Assembly: GCA_964016885.1 (NCBI GenBank)
Contig: OZ024740.1
Location: 15,004,001 to 15,068,000 of the forward strand
Length of the DNA stretch: 64,000 nt
Source of the DNA: Eledone cirrhosa
Taxonomy: Eukaryota
Direction of reading: 5' to 3'
Both the position numbers and the translations under genes were made by a program. This document shows positions 14,351-30,064 of the stretch, in pieces. Position 1 is the stretch's first letter. The number at the start of each line of letters is the position of its first letter. The notes beneath the pieces are model-generated. The model was not told the origin of the DNA. It ran no database searches and worked only from the letters and a program-made list of their open reading frames with translations.

Positions 14351-15830
14351 TGTTTTAAACACCTTCATGGTTATATTCCCACTAAACAGAGGTGTGAAAT
14401 ATAGGATGTTTTAAACACCTTCATGATTATATTTCCCACTAAACAGAGGTGTGAAATATAGGATGTTGTAAACACCTTCATGGTTATATTTCCCACTACA
14501 CAGAGGTGTGAAATATAGGGTGTTGTAAACACCTTCATGATTATATTTCCCACTAAACAGAGGTGTGAAATATAGAATGTTTTAAATACCTTCATGGTTA
14601 TATTTCCGACTGAACAGAGGTGTGCAATATAGGATGTTTTAAACACCTTCATTGTTATATTTCCCACTAAACAGAGGTGTGAAATATAGGATGTTTTAAC
14701 ACATTCATGGTTATATTTCACACTAAACAGAGGTGTGAAATATAGGATGTTTTAAACACCTTCATGGTTATATTCCCACTAAACAGAGGTGTGAAATATA
14801 GGATGTTTTAAAAACCTTCATGGTTATATTTCCCACTAAACAGAGGTGTGAAATATAGGATGTTTTAAACACCTTCATGGTTATATTTCCCACTAAACAG
14901 AAGTGTGAAATATAGGATGTTTTAAACCCCTTCATGGTTATATTTCCCACTAAACAGAGGTGTGCAATATAGGATGTTTTAAACACCTTCATGATTATAT
15001 TTCCCACTAAACAGAGGTGTGAAATATAGGATGTTGTAAACACCTTCATGGTTATATTTCCCACTACACAGAGGTGTGAAATATAGGGTGTTGTAAACAC
15101 CTTCATGATTATATTTCCCACTAAACAGAGGTGTGAAATATAGAATGTTTTAAATACCTTCATGGTTATATTTCCCAATAAACAGAGGTTTGAAATATAG
15201 GATGTTTTAAACACGTTCATGGTTATATTTCCCACTAAACAGAGGTGTGAAATATAGGATGTTTTAAACACCTTCATGTTTATGTTTCCCACTAAACAGA
15301 GGTGTAAAATATAGGATGTTTTAAACACCTTCATGGTTATATTTCCCACTAAACAGAGGTGTGAAATATAGGATGTTTTAAACCCCTTCATGGTTATATT
15401 TCCCACTAAACAGAGGTGTGCAATATAGGATGTTTTAAACACCTTCATGATTATATTTCCCACTAAACAGAGGTGTGAAATATAGGATGTTGTAAACACC
15501 TTCATGGTTATATTTCCCACTACACAGAGGTGTGAAATATAGGGTGTTGTAAACACCTTCATGATTATATTTCCCACTAAACAGAGGTGTGAAATATAGA
15601 ATGTTTTAAATACATTCATGGTTATATTTCCCACTAAACAGAGGTGAGGAATATAGGATGTTTTAAACCCCTTCATGGTTATATTTCACACTAAACAGAG
15701 GTGTGGAATATGGGATGCTTTAAACACCTTCATGGTTATATTTCCCACTAAACAGAGGTGTGAAATATAGGATGCTTTAAACACCTTCATGGATATATTT
15801 CCAACTAAACAGAGGTGTGAAATATAGGAT
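12850..15830. repeat. Higher-order tandem duplication, 1479-bp unit (26 monomers minus 3 bp), 2 copies; truncated form of the 2446-bp unit
   Basis: ORF offsets 12892/14371 and 13289/14768 equal 1479. Shared variant CATGGATATATTTCCAAC at ~14310 and ~15789. Confidence 0.85.
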
Positions 15831-18800
15831 GTTTTAAACAGCTTCATGGTTATATTTCCCACTAAACAGAGGTGTGAAATATAGGATGTTTTAAACACCT
15901 TCATTGTTATATTTCCCACTAAACAGAGGTGTGAAATATAGGATGTTTTAAACACCTTCATGGTTATATTTCCCACTAAACAGAGGTGTGAAATATAGGA
16001 TGTTTTAAACACCTTCATGGTTATATTTCCCACTAAACAGAGGTGTGAAATATAGGATGTTTTAACACCTTCATGGTTATATTTCCCACTAAACAGAGGT
16101 GTGAAATATAGGATGTTTTAAACACCTTCATGGTTATATTTCCCACTAAACAGAGGTGTGAAATATAGGATGTTTTAAAAACCTTCATGGTTATATTTCC
16201 AACTAAACAGAGGTGTGAAATATAGGATGTTTTAAACACCTTCATGGTTATATTTCCCACTAAACAGAGGTGTGAAATATAGGATGTTTTAAACCCCTTC
16301 ATGGTTATATTTCCCACTAAACAGAGGTGTGCAATATAGGATGTTTTAAACACCTTCATGATTATATTTCCCACTAAACAGAGGTGTGAAATATAGGATG
16401 GTGTAAACACCTTCATGGTTATATTTTCCACTACACAGAGGTGTGAAATATAGGGTGATGTAAACACCTTCATGCTTATATTTCCCATTAAACAGAGGTG
16501 TGAAATATAGAATGTTTTAAATACCTTCATGGTTATATTTCCCAATAAACAGAGGTGTGAAATATAGGATGTTTCAAACACCTTCATGGTTATATTTCCC
16601 ACTAAACAGAGGTGTGAAATATAGGATGTTTTAAACACCTTCATGGTTATATTTCCGACTAAACAGAGGTGTGCAATATAGGATGTTTTAAACACCTTCA
16701 TTGTTATATTTCCCACTAAACAGAGGTGTGAAATATAGAATGTTTTAAATACCTTCATGGTTATATTTCCCAATAAACAAGGAGTGAAATATAGGATGTT
16801 TTAAACACCTTCATGGTTATATTTCCCACTAAGCAGAGGTGTGAAATATAGGATGTTTTAAACACCTTCATGGTTATATTTCCCACTAAACAGAGGTGTG
16901 CAATATAGGATGTTTTAAACACCTTCATGGTTATATTTCCCACTAAACAGAGGTGTGAAATATAGGATGTTTTAAACACCTTCATGGTTATATTCCCACT
17001 AAACAGAGGTGTGAAATATAGGATGTTTTAAAAACCTTCATGGTTATATTTCCCACTAAACAGAGGTGTGAAATATAGGATGTTTTAAACACCTTCATGG
17101 TTATATTTCCCACTAAACAGAAGTGTGAAATATAGGATGTTTTAAACCCCTTCATGGTTATATTTCCCACTAAACAGAGGTGTGCAATATAGGATGTTTT
17201 AAACACCTTCATGATTATATTTCCCACTAAACAGAGGTGTGAAATATAGGATGTTGTAAACACCTTCATGGTTATATTTCCCACTACACAGAGGTGTGAA
17301 ATATAGGGTGTTGTAAACACCTTCATGATTATATTTCCCACTAAACAGAGGTGTGAAATATAGAATGTTTTAAATACCTTCATGGTTATATTTCCCAATA
17401 AACAGAGGTTTGAAATATAGGATGTTTTAAACACGTTCATGGTTATATTTCCCACTAAACAGAGGTGTGAAATATAGGATGTTTTAAACACCTTCATGTT
17501 TATGTTTCCCACTAAACAGAGGTGTAAAATATAGGATGTTTTAAACACCTTCATGGTTATATTTCCCACTAAACAGAGGTGTGAAATATAGGATGTTTTA
17601 AACCCCTTCATGGTTATATTTCCCACTAAACAGAGGTGTGCAATATAGGATGTTTTAAACACCTTCATGATTATATTTCCCACTAAACAGAGGTGTGAAA
17701 TATAGGATGTTGTAAACACCTTCATGGTTATATTTCCCACTACACAGAGGTGTGAAATATAGGGTGTTGTAAACACCTTCATGATTATATTTCCCACTAA
17801 ACAGAGGTGTGAAATATAGAATGTTTTAAATACATTCATGGTTATATTTCCCACTAAACAGAGGTGAGGAATATAGGATGTTTTAAACCCCTTCATGGTT
17901 ATATTTCACACTAAACAGAGGTGTGGAATATGGGATGCTTTAAACACCTTCATGGTTATATTTCCCACTAAACAGAGGTGTGAAATATAGGATGCTTTAA
18001 ACACCTTCATGGATATATTTCCAACTAAACAGAGGTGTGAAATATAGGATGTTTTAAACAGCTTCATGGTTATATTTCCCACTAAACAGAGGTGTGAAAT
18101 ATAGGATGTTTTAAACACCTTCATTGTTATATTTCCCACTAAACAGAGGTGTGAAATATAGGATGTTTTAAACACCTTCATGGTTATATTTCCCACTAAA
18201 CAGAGGTGTGAAATATAGGATGTTTTAAACACCTTCATGGTTATATTTCCCACTAAACAGAGGTGTGAAATATAGGATGTTTTAACACCTTCATGGTTAT
18301 ATTTCCCACTAAACAGAGGTGTGAAATATAGGATGTTTTAAACACCTTCATGGTTATATTTCCCACTAAACAGAGGTGTGAAATATAGGATGTTTTAAAA
18401 ACCTTCATGGTTATATTTCCCACTAAACAGAGGTGTGAAATATAGGATGTTTTAAACACCTTCATGGTTATATTTCCCACTAAACAGAGGTGTGAAATAT
18501 AGGATGTTTTAAACCCCTTCATGGTTATATTTCCCACTAAACAGAGGTGTGCAATATAGGATGTTTTAAACACCTTCATGATTATATTTCCCACTAAACA
18601 GAGGTGTGAAATATAGGATGGTGTAAACACCTTCATGGTTATATTTTCCACTACACAGAGGTGTGAAATATAGGGTGATGTAAACACCTTCATGCTTATA
18701 TTTCCCATTAAACAGAGGTGTGAAATATAGAATGTTTTAAATACCTTCATGGTTATATTTCCCAATAAACAGAGGTGTGAAATATAGGATGTTTCAAACA

Positions 18801-20050
18801 CCTTCATGGTTATATTTCCCACTAAACAGAGGTGTGAAATATAGGATGTTTTAAACACCTTCATGGTTATATTTCCGACTAAACAGAGGTGTGCAATATA
18901 GGATGTTTTAAACACCTTCATTGTTATATTTCCCACTAAACAGAGGTGTGAAATATAGAATGTTTTAAATACCTTCATGGTTATATTTCCCAATAAACAA
19001 GGAGTGAAATATAGGATGTTTTAAACACCTTCATGGTTATATTTCCCACTAAGCAGAGGTGTGAAATATAGGATGTTTTAAACACCTTCATGGTTATATT
19101 TCCCACTAAACAGAGGTGTGCAATATAGGATGTTTTAAACACCTTCATGGTTATATTTCCCACTAAACAGAGGTGTGAAATATAGGATGTTTTAAACACC
19201 TTCATGGTTATATTCCCACTAAACAGAGGTGTGAAATATAGGATGTTTTAAAAACCTTCATGGTTATATTTCCCACTAAACAGAGGTGTGAAATATAGGA
19301 TGTTTTAAACACCTTCATGGTTATATTTCCCACTAAACAGAAGTGTGAAATATAGGATGTTTTAAACCCCTTCATGGTTATATTTCCCACTAAACAGAGG
19401 TGTGCAATATAGGATGTTTTAAACACCTTCATGATTATATTTCCCACTAAACAGAGGTGTGAAATATAGGATGTTGTAAACACCTTCATGGTTATATTTC
19501 CCACTACACAGAGGTGTGAAATATAGGGTGTTGTAAACACCTTCATGATTATATTTCCCACTAAACAGAGGTGTGAAATATAGAATGTTTTAAATACCTT
19601 CATGGTTATATTTCCCAATAAACAGAGGTTTGAAATATAGGATGTTTTAAACACGTTCATGGTTATATTTCCCACTAAACAGAGGTGTGAAATATAGGAT
19701 GTTTTAAACACCTTCATGTTTATGTTTCCCACTAAACAGAGGTGTAAAATATAGGATGTTTTAAACACCTTCATGGTTATATTTCCCACTAAACAGAGGT
19801 GTGAAATATAGGATGTTTTAAACCCCTTCATGGTTATATTTCCCACTAAACAGAGGTGTGCAATATAGGATGTTTTAAACACCTTCATGATTATATTTCC
19901 CACTAAACAGAGGTGTGAAATATAGGATGTTGTAAACACCTTCATGGTTATATTTCCCACTACACAGAGGTGTGAAATATAGGGTGTTGTAAACACCTTC
20001 ATGATTATATTTCCCACTAAACAGAGGTGTGAAATATAGAATGTTTTAAA
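14760..20050. repeat. Higher-order tandem repeat, 2220-bp unit (39 monomers minus 3 bp), about 2.4 copies
   Basis: ORF offsets 14768/16988/19208, 15686/17906, 16033/18253 and 16761/18981 equal 2220. Shared rare variants AAACAAGGAGTG and CTAAGCAGAG. Confidence 0.9.
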
Positions 20051-20699
20051 TACATTCATCGTTATATTTCCCAATAAACAGAGGTGTGAAATATAGGATG
20101 TTTTAAACACCTTCATGGTTATATTTCCCACTAAACAGAGGTGTGAAATATAGGATATTTTAAACACCTTCATGGCTATATTTCCCACTAAACAGAGGTG
20201 AGGAATATAGGATGTTTTAAACCCCTTCATGGTTATATTTCACACTAAACAGAGGTGTGGAATATGGGATGCTTTAAACACCTTCATGGTTATATTTCCC
20301 ACTAAACAGAGGTGTGAAATATAGGATGCTTTAAACACCTTCATGGTTATATTTCCAACTAAACAGAGGTGTGAAATATAGGATGTTTTAAACAGCTTCA
20401 TGGTTATATTTCCCACTAAACAGAGGTGTGAAATATAGGATGTTTTAAACACCTTCATTGTTATATTTCCCACTAAACAGAGGTGTGAAATATAGGATGT
20501 TTTAAACACCTTCATGGTTATATTTCCCACTAAACAGAGGTGTGCAATATAGGATGTTTTAAACACCTTCATGGTTATATTTCCCACTAAACAGAGGTGT
20601 GAAATATAGGATGTTTTAACACCTTCATGGTTATATTTCCCACTAAACAGAGGTGTGAAATATAGGATGTTTTAAACACCTTCATGGTTATATTCCCAC

Positions 20700-23600
20700 T
20701 AAACAGAGGTGTGAAATATAGGATGTTTTAAAAACCTTCATGGTTATATTTCCCACTAAACAGAGGTGTGAAATATAGGATGTTTTAAACACCTTCATGG
20801 TTATATTTCCCACTAAACAGAAGTGTGAAATATAGGATGTTTTAAACACCTTCATGGTTATATTTCCAACTAAACAGAGGTGTGCAATATAGGATGTTTT
20901 AAACACCTTCATGATTATATTTCCCACTAAACAGAGGTGTGAAATATAGGATGTTGTAAACACCTTCATAGATATATTTCCCACTACACAGAGGTGTGAA
21001 ATATAGGGTGTTGTAAACACCTTCATGATTATATTTCACACTAAACGGAGGTGTGAAATATAGAATGTTTTAAATACATTCATGGTTATATTTCCCAATA
21101 AACAGAGGTGTGAAATATAGGATGTTTTAAACACCTTCATGGTTATATTTCCCACTAAACAGAGGTGTGAAATATAGAATGTTTTAAACACCTTCATGGC
21201 TATATTTCCCACTAAACAGAGGTGAGGAATATAGGATGTTTTAAACCCCTTCATGGTTATATTTCACACTAAACAGAGGTGTGGAATATAGGATGCTTTA
21301 AACACCTTCATGGTTATATTTCCCACTAATCAGAGGTGTGAAATATAGGATGCTTTAAACACCTTCATGGTATATTTCCCACTAAACAGAGGTGTGAAAT
21401 ATAGGATATTTTAAACACCTTCATTGTTATATTTCCCACTAAACAGAGGTGTGAAATATAGGATGTTTTAACACCTTCATGATTATATTTCCCACTAAAC
21501 AGAGGTGTGAAATATAGGATGTTTTAAACACCTTCATGGTTATATTTCCCACTAAACAGAGGTGTGAAATATAGGATGTTTTAAAAACCTTCATGGTTAT
21601 ATTTCCCACTAAACAGAGGTGTGAAATATAGGTTGTTTTAAACACCTTCATGGTTATATTTCCCACTAAACAGAGGTGTGAAACATAGGATGTTTTAAAC
21701 CCCTTCATGGTTATATTTCCCACTAAACAGAGGTGTGCAATATAGGATGTTTTAAACACCTTCATGATTATATTTCCCACTAAACAGAGGTGTGAAATAT
21801 AGGATGGTGTAAAAACCTTCATGGTTATATTTCCCACTACACAGAGGTGTGAAATATAGGGTGATGTAAATACCTTCATGCTTATATTTCCCACTAAACA
21901 GAGGTGTGAAATATAGGATGTTGTAAACAACTTCATAGTTATATTTCCCACTACACAGAGGTGTGAAATATAGGGTGTTGTAAACACCTTCATGATTATA
22001 TTTCCCACTAAACAGAGGTGTGAAATATAGAATGTTTTAAATACATTCATCGTTATATTTCCCAATAAACAGAGGTGTGAAATATAGGATGTTTTAAACA
22101 CCTTCATGGTTATATTTCCCACTAAACAGAGGTGTGAAATATAGGATGTTTTAAACACCTTCATGGCTATATTTCCCACTAAACAGAGGTGAGGAATATA
22201 GGATGTTTTAAACCCCTTCATGGTTATATTTCACACTAAACAGAGGTGTGGAATATGGGATTCTTTAAACACCTTCATGGTTATATTTCCCACTAAACAG
22301 AGGTGTGAAATATAGGATGCTTTAAACACCTTCATGGTTATATTTCCAACTAAACAGAGGTGTGAAATATAGGATGTTTTAAACACCTTCATGGTTATAT
22401 TTCCCACTAAACAGAGGTGTGATATGTAGGATGTTTTAAAAACCTTCATGGTTATATTTCCCACTAAACAGAGGTGTGAAATATAGGATGTTTTAAACAC
22501 CTTCATGGTTATATTTCCCACTAAACAGAGGTGTGAAATATAGGATGTTTTAAACCCCTTCATGGTTATATTTCCCACTAAACAGAGGTGTGCAATATAG
22601 GATGTTTTAAACACCTTCATGATTATATTTCCCACTAAACAGAGGTGTGAAATATAGGATGTTGTAAACACCTTCATGGTTATATTTCCCACTACACAGA
22701 GGTGTGAAATATAGGGTGTTGTAAACACCTTCATGATTATATTTCCCATTAAACAGAGGTGTGAAATATAGAATGTTTTAAATACGTTCATGGTTATATT
22801 TCCCAATAAACAGAGGTGTGAAATATAGGATGTTTCAAACACCTTCATGGTTATATTTCCCACTAAACAGAGGTGTGAAATATAGGATGTTTTAAACACC
22901 TTCATGGTTATATTTCCCACTAAACAGAGGTGTGAAATATAGGATGTTTTAAACACCTTCATGGTTATATTTCCCACTAAACAGAGCTGTGAAATATAGG
23001 ATGTTTTAAACACCTTCATGATTATATTTCCCACTAAACAGTGGTGTGAAATATAGGATGTTGTAAACACCTTCATGGTTATATTTCCCACTAAACAGAG
23101 GTGTGAAATATAGGATGTTTTAACACATTCATGGTTATATTTCCCACTAAACAGAGGTGTGAAATATAGGATGTTTTAAACACCTTCATGGTTATATTTC
23201 CCACTAAACAGAGGTGTGCAATATAGGATGTTTTAAACACCTTCATGGTTATATTTCCCACTAAACAGAGGTGTGAAATATAGGATGTTTTAACACCTTC
23301 ATGGTTATATTTCCCACTAAACAGAGGTGTGAAATATAGGATGTTTTAAACACCTTCATGGTTATATTTCCCACTAAACAGAGGTGTGAAATATAGGATG
23401 TTTTAAAAACCTTCATGGTTATATTTCCCACTAAACAGAGGTGTGAAATATAGGATGTTTTAAACACCTTCATGGTTATATTTCCCACTAAACAGAAGTG
23501 TGAAATATAGGATGTTTTAAACACCTTCATGGTTATATTTCCCACTAAACAGAGGTGTGCAATATAGGATGTTTTAAACACCTTCATGATTATATTTTCC

Positions 23601-26200
23601 ACTAAACAGAGGTGTGAAATATAGGATGTTGTAAACACCTTCATAGATATATTTCCCACTACACAGAGGTGTGAAATATAGGGTGTTGTAAACACCTTCA
23701 TGATTATATTTCACACTAAACGGAGGTGTGAAATATAGAATGTTTTAAATACATTCATGGTTATATTTCCCAATAAACAGAGGTGTGAAATATAGGATGT
23801 TTTAAACACCTTCATGGTTATATTTCCCACTAAACAGAGGTGTGAAATATAGGATGTTTTAAACACCTTCATGGCTATATTTCCCACTAAACAGAGGTGA
23901 GGAATATAGGATGTTTTAAACCCCTTCATGGTTATATTTCACACTAAACAGAGGTGTGGAATATAGGATGCTTTAAACACCTTCATGGTTATATTTCCCA
24001 CTAATCAGAGGTGTGAAATATAGGATGCTTTAAACACCTTCATGGTATATTTCCCACTAAACAGAGGTGTGAAATATAGGATATTTTAAACACCTTCATT
24101 GTTATATTTCCCACTAAACAGAGGTGTGAAATATAGGATGTTTTAACACCTTCATGATTATATTTCCCACTAAACAGAGGTGTGAAATATAGGATGTTTT
24201 AAACACCTTCATGGTTATATTTCCCACTAAACAGAGGTGTGAAATATAGGATGTTTTAAAAACCTTCATGGTTATATTTCCCACTAAACAGAGGTGTGAA
24301 ATATAGGTTGTTTTAAACACCTTCATGGTTATATTTCCCACTAAACAGAAGTGTGAAACATAGGATGTTTTAAACCCCTTCATGGTTATATTTCCCACTA
24401 AACAGAGGTGTGCAATATAGGATGTTTTAAACACCTTCATGATTATATTTCCCACTAAACAGAGGTGTGAAATATAGGATGGTGTAAACACCTTCATGGT
24501 TATATTTCCCACTACACAGAGGTGTGAAATATAGGGTGATGTAAACACCTTCATGCTTATATTTCCCACTAAACAGAGGTGTGAAATATAGGATGTTGTA
24601 AACAACTTCATAGTTATATTTCCCACTACACAGAGGTGTGAAATATAGGGTGTTGTAAACACCTTCATGATTATATTTCCCACTAAACAGATGTGTGAAA
24701 TATAGAATGTTTTAAATACATTCATCGTTATATTTCCCAATAAACAGAGGTGTGAAATATAGGATGTTTTAAACACCTTCATGGTTATATTTCCCACTAA
24801 ACAGAGGTGTGAAATATAGGATGTTTTAAACACCTTCATGGCTATATTTCCCACTAAACAGAGGTGAGGAATATAGGATGTTTTAAACCCCTTCATGGTT
24901 ATATTTCACACTAAACAGAGGTGTGGAATATGGGATGCTTTAAACACCTTCATGGTTATATTTCCCACTAAACAGAGGTGTGAAATATAGGATGCTTTAA
25001 ACACCTTCATGGTTATATTTCCAACTAAACAGAGGTGTGAAATATAGGATGTTTTAAACACCTTCATGGTTATATTTCCCACTAAACAGAGGTGTGATAT
25101 GTAGGATGTTTTAAAAACCTTCATGGTTATATTTCCCACTAAACAGAGGTGTGAAATATAGGATGTTTTAAACACCTTCATGGTTATATTTCCCACTAAA
25201 CAGAGGTGTGAAATATAGGATGTTTTAAACCCCTTCATGGTTATATTTCCCACTAAACAGAGGTGTGCAATATAGGATGTTTTAAACACCTTCATGATTA
25301 TATTTCCCACTAAACAGAGGTGTGAAATATAGGATGTTGTAAACACCTTCATGGTTATATTTCCCACTACACAGAGGTGTGAAATATAGGGTGTTGTAAA
25401 CACCTTCATGATTATATTTCCCATTAAACAGAGGTGTGAAATATAGAATGTTTTAAATACGTTCATGGTTATATTTCCCAATAAACAGAGGTGTGAAATA
25501 TAGGATGTTTCAAACACCTTCATGGTTATATTTCCCACTAAACAGAGGTGTGAAATATAGGATGTTTTAAACACCTTCATGGTTATATTTCCCACTAAAC
25601 AGAGGTGTGAAATATAGGATGTTTTAAACACCTTCATGGTTATATTTCCCACTAAACAGAGCTGTGAAATATAGGATGTTTTAAACACCTTCATGATTAT
25701 ATTTCCCACTAAACAGTGGTGTGAAATATAGGATGTTGTAAACACCTTCATGGTTATATTTCCCACTAAACAGAGGTGTGAAATATAGGATGTTTTAACA
25801 CATTCATGGTTATATTTCCCACTAAACAGAGGTGTGAAATATAGGATGTTTTAAACACCTTCATGGTTATATTTCCCACTAAACAGAGGTGTGCAATATA
25901 GGATGTTTTAAACACCTTCATGGTTATATTTCCCACTAAACAGAGGTGTGAAATATAGGATGTTTTAACACCTTCATGGTTATATTTCCCACTAAACAGA
26001 GGTGTGAAATATAGGATGTTTTAAACACCTTCATGGTTATATTTCCCACTAAACAGAGGTGTGAAATATAGGATGTTTTAAAAACCTTCATGGTTATATT
26101 TCCCACTAAACAGAGGTGTGAAATATAGGATGTTTTAAACACCTTCATGGTTATATTTCCCACTAAACAGAAGTGTGAAATATAGGATGTTTTAAACACC
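20700..26200. repeat. Higher-order tandem duplication, 2675-bp unit (47 monomers minus 4 bp), about 2 copies
   Basis: ORF offsets 21036/23711, 21439/24114, 22231/24906 and 23261/25936 equal 2675. CAGAAGTG recurs at ~20821, ~23496 and ~26171; GTGATATGTAGG occurs in both copies. Confidence 0.9.
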
Positions 26201-29200
26201 TTCATGGTTATATTTCCCACTAAACAGAGCTGTGAAATATAGGATATTTTAAACACCTTCATGATTATATTTCCCACTAAACAGTGGTGTGAAATATAGG
26301 ATGTTGTAAACACCTTCATGGTTATATTTCCCACTAAACAGAGGTGTGAAATATAGGATGTTTTAACACATTCATGGTTATATTTCCCACTAAACAGAGG
26401 TGTGAAATATAGGATGTTTTAAACACCTTCATGGTTATATTTCCCACTAAACAGAGGTGTGCAATATAGGATGTTTTAAACACCTTCATGGTTATATTTC
26501 CCACTAAACAGAGGTGTGAAATATAGGATGTTTTAACACCTTCATGGTTATATTTCCCACTAAACAGAGGTGTGAAATATAGGATGTTTTAAACACCTTC
26601 ATGGTTATATTTCCCACTAAACAGAGGTGTGAAATATAGGATGTTTTAAAAACCTTCATGGTTATATTTCCCACTAAACAGAGGTGTGAAATATAGGATG
26701 TTTTAAACACCTTCATGGTTATATTTCCCACTAAACAGAAGTGTGAAATATAGGATGTTTTAAACCCCTTCATGGTTATATTTCCCACTAAACAGAGGTG
26801 TGCAATATAGGATGTTTTAAACACCTTCATGATTATATTTCCCACTAAACAGAGGTGTGAAATATAGGATGGTGTAAACACCTTCATGGTTATATTTTCC
26901 ACTACACAGAGGTGTGAAATATAGGGTGATGTAAACACCTTCATGCTTATATTTCCCATTAAACAGAGGTGTGAAATATAGAATGTTTTAAATACCTTCA
27001 TGGTTATATTTCCCAATAAACAGAGGTGTGAAATATAGGATGTTTCAAACACCTTCATGGTTATATTTCCCACTAAACAGAGGTGTGAAATATAGGATGT
27101 TTTAAACACCTTCATGGTTATATTTCCGACTAAACAGAGGTGTGCAATATAGGATGTTTTAAACACCTTCATTGTTATATTTCCCACTAAACAGAGGTGT
27201 GAAATATAGGATGTTTTAACACCTTCATGGTTATATTTCACACTAAACAGAGGTGTGAAATATAGGATGTTTTAAACACCTTCATGGTTATATTCCCACT
27301 AAACAGAGGTGTGAAATATAGGATGTTTTAAAAACCTTCATGGTTATATTTCCCACTAAACAGAGGTGTGAAATATAGGATGTTTTAAACACCTTCATGG
27401 TTATATTTCCCACTAAACAGAGGTGTGAAATATAGGATGTTTTAAACCCCTTCATGGTTACATTTCCCACTAAACGGAGGTGTGAAATATAGAATGTTTT
27501 AAATATATTCATGGTTATATTTCCCAATAAACACAGGTGTGAAATATAGGATGTTTTAAACACCTTCATGGTTATATTTCCCACTACACAGAGGTGTGAA
27601 ATATAGGGTGTTGTAAACACCTTCATGATTATATTTAGATCTAAACAGAGGTGTGAAATATAGGATGTTTTAAACACCTTCATGGTTATATTTCCCAATA
27701 AACAGAGGTGTGAAATATAGGATGTTTTAAACACCTTCATGGTTATATTTCCCACTAAACAGAGGTGTGAAATATAGGGTGTTGTAAACACCTTCATGAT
27801 TATATTTCACACTAAACGGAGGTGTGAAATATAGAATGTTTTAAATACATTCATGGTTATATTTCCCAATAAACAGAGGTGTGAAATATAGGATGTTTTA
27901 AACACCTTCATGGTTATATTACCCACTAAACAGAGGTGTGAAATATAGGATGTTTTAAACACCTTCATGGCTATATTTCCCACTAAACAGAGGTGAGGAA
28001 TATAGGATGTTTTAAACCCCTTCATGGTTATATTTCACACTAAACAGAGGTGTGGAATATAGGATGCTTTAAACACCTTCATGGTTATATTTCCCACTAA
28101 TCAGAGGTGTGAAATATAGGATGCTTTAAACACCTTCATGGTATATTTCCCACTAAACAGAGGTGTGAAATATAGGATATTTTAAACACCTTCATTGTTA
28201 TATTTCCCACTAAACAGAGGTGTGAAATATAGGATGTTTTAACACCTTCATGATTATATTTCCCACTAAACAGAGGTGTGAAATATAGGATGTTTTAAAC
28301 ACCTTCATGGTTATATTTCCCACTAAACAGAGGTGTGAAATATAGGATGTTTTAAAAACCTTCATGGTTATATTTCCCACTAAACAGAGGTGTGAAATAT
28401 AGGTTGTTTTAAACACCTTCATGGTTATATTTCCCACTAAACAGAGGTGTGAAACATAGGATGTTTTAAAACCCTTCATGGTTATATTTCCCACTAAACA
28501 GAGGTGTGCAATATAGGATGTTTTAAACACCTTCATGATTATATTTCCCACTAAACAGAGGTGTGAAATATAGGATGGTGTAAACACCTTCATGGTTATA
28601 TTTCCCACTACACAGAGGTGTGAAATATAGGGTGATGTAAACACCTTCATGCTTATATTTCCCACTAAACAGAGGTGTGAAATATAGGATGTTGTAAACA
28701 ACTTCATAGTTATATTTCCCACTACACAGAGGTGTGAAATATAGGGTGTTGTAAACACCTTCATGATTATATTTCCCACTAAACAGAGGTGTGAAATATA
28801 GAATGTTTTAAATACATTCATCGTTATATTTCCCAATAAACAGAGGTGTGAAATATAGGAAGTTTTAAACACCTTCATGGTTATATTTCCCACTAAACAG
28901 AGGTGTGAAATATAGGATGTTTTAAAAACCTTCATGCTTATATTTCCCACTAAACAGAGGTGTGAAATATAGGATGTTTTAAACACCTTCATGGTTATAT
29001 TTCCCACTAAACAGAGGTGTGAAATATAGGATGTTTTAAACCCCTTCATGGTTATATTTCCCACTAAACAGAGGTGTGCAATATAGGATGTTTTAAACAC
29101 CTTCATGATTATATTTCCCACTAAACAGAGGTGTGAAATATAGGATGTTTTAAACACCTTCATGGTTATATTTCCCACTACACAGAGGTGTGAAATATAG

Positions 29201-30064
29201 GATGTTTTAAACACCTTCATGGTTATATTTCCTACTAAACAGAGGTGTGAAATATAGGATGTTTTAAACACCTTCATGATTATATTTCCCACTAAACAGA
29301 GGTGTGAAATATAGGATGTTTTAAAAACCTTCATGGTTATATTTCCCACTAAACAGAGGTGTGAAATATAGGTTGTTTTAAACACCTTCATGGTTATATT
29401 TCCCACTAAACAGAGGTGTGAAACATAGGATGTTTTAAACCCCTTCATGGTTATATTTCCCACTAAACAGAGGTGTGCAATATAGGATGTTTTAAACACC
29501 TTCATGACTATATTTCCCACTAAACAGAGGTGTGAAATATAGGATGGTGTAAACACCTTCATGGTTATATTTCCCACTACACAGAGGTGTGAAATATAGG
29601 GTGATGTAAACACCTTCATGCTTATATTTCCCACTAAACAGAGGTGTGAAATATAGGATGTTGTAAACAACTTCATAGTTATATTTCCCACTACACAGAA
29701 GGTGTGAAATATAGGGTGTTGTAAACACCTTCATGATTATATTTCCCACTAAACAGAGGTGTGAAATATAGAATGTTTTAAATACATTCATCGTTATATT
29801 TCCCAATAAACAGAGGTTTGAAATATAGGATGTTTTAAACACCTTCATGGTTATATTTCCCACTAAACAGAGGTGTGAAATATAGGATGTTTTAAACACC
29901 TTCATGGCTATATTTCCCACTAAACAGAGGTGAGGAATATAGGATGTTTTAAACCCCTTCATGGTTATATTTCACACTAAACAGAGGTGTGGAATATGGG
30001 ATGCTTTAAACACCTTCATGGTTATATTTCCCACTAAACAGAGGTGTGAAATATAGGATGCTTT

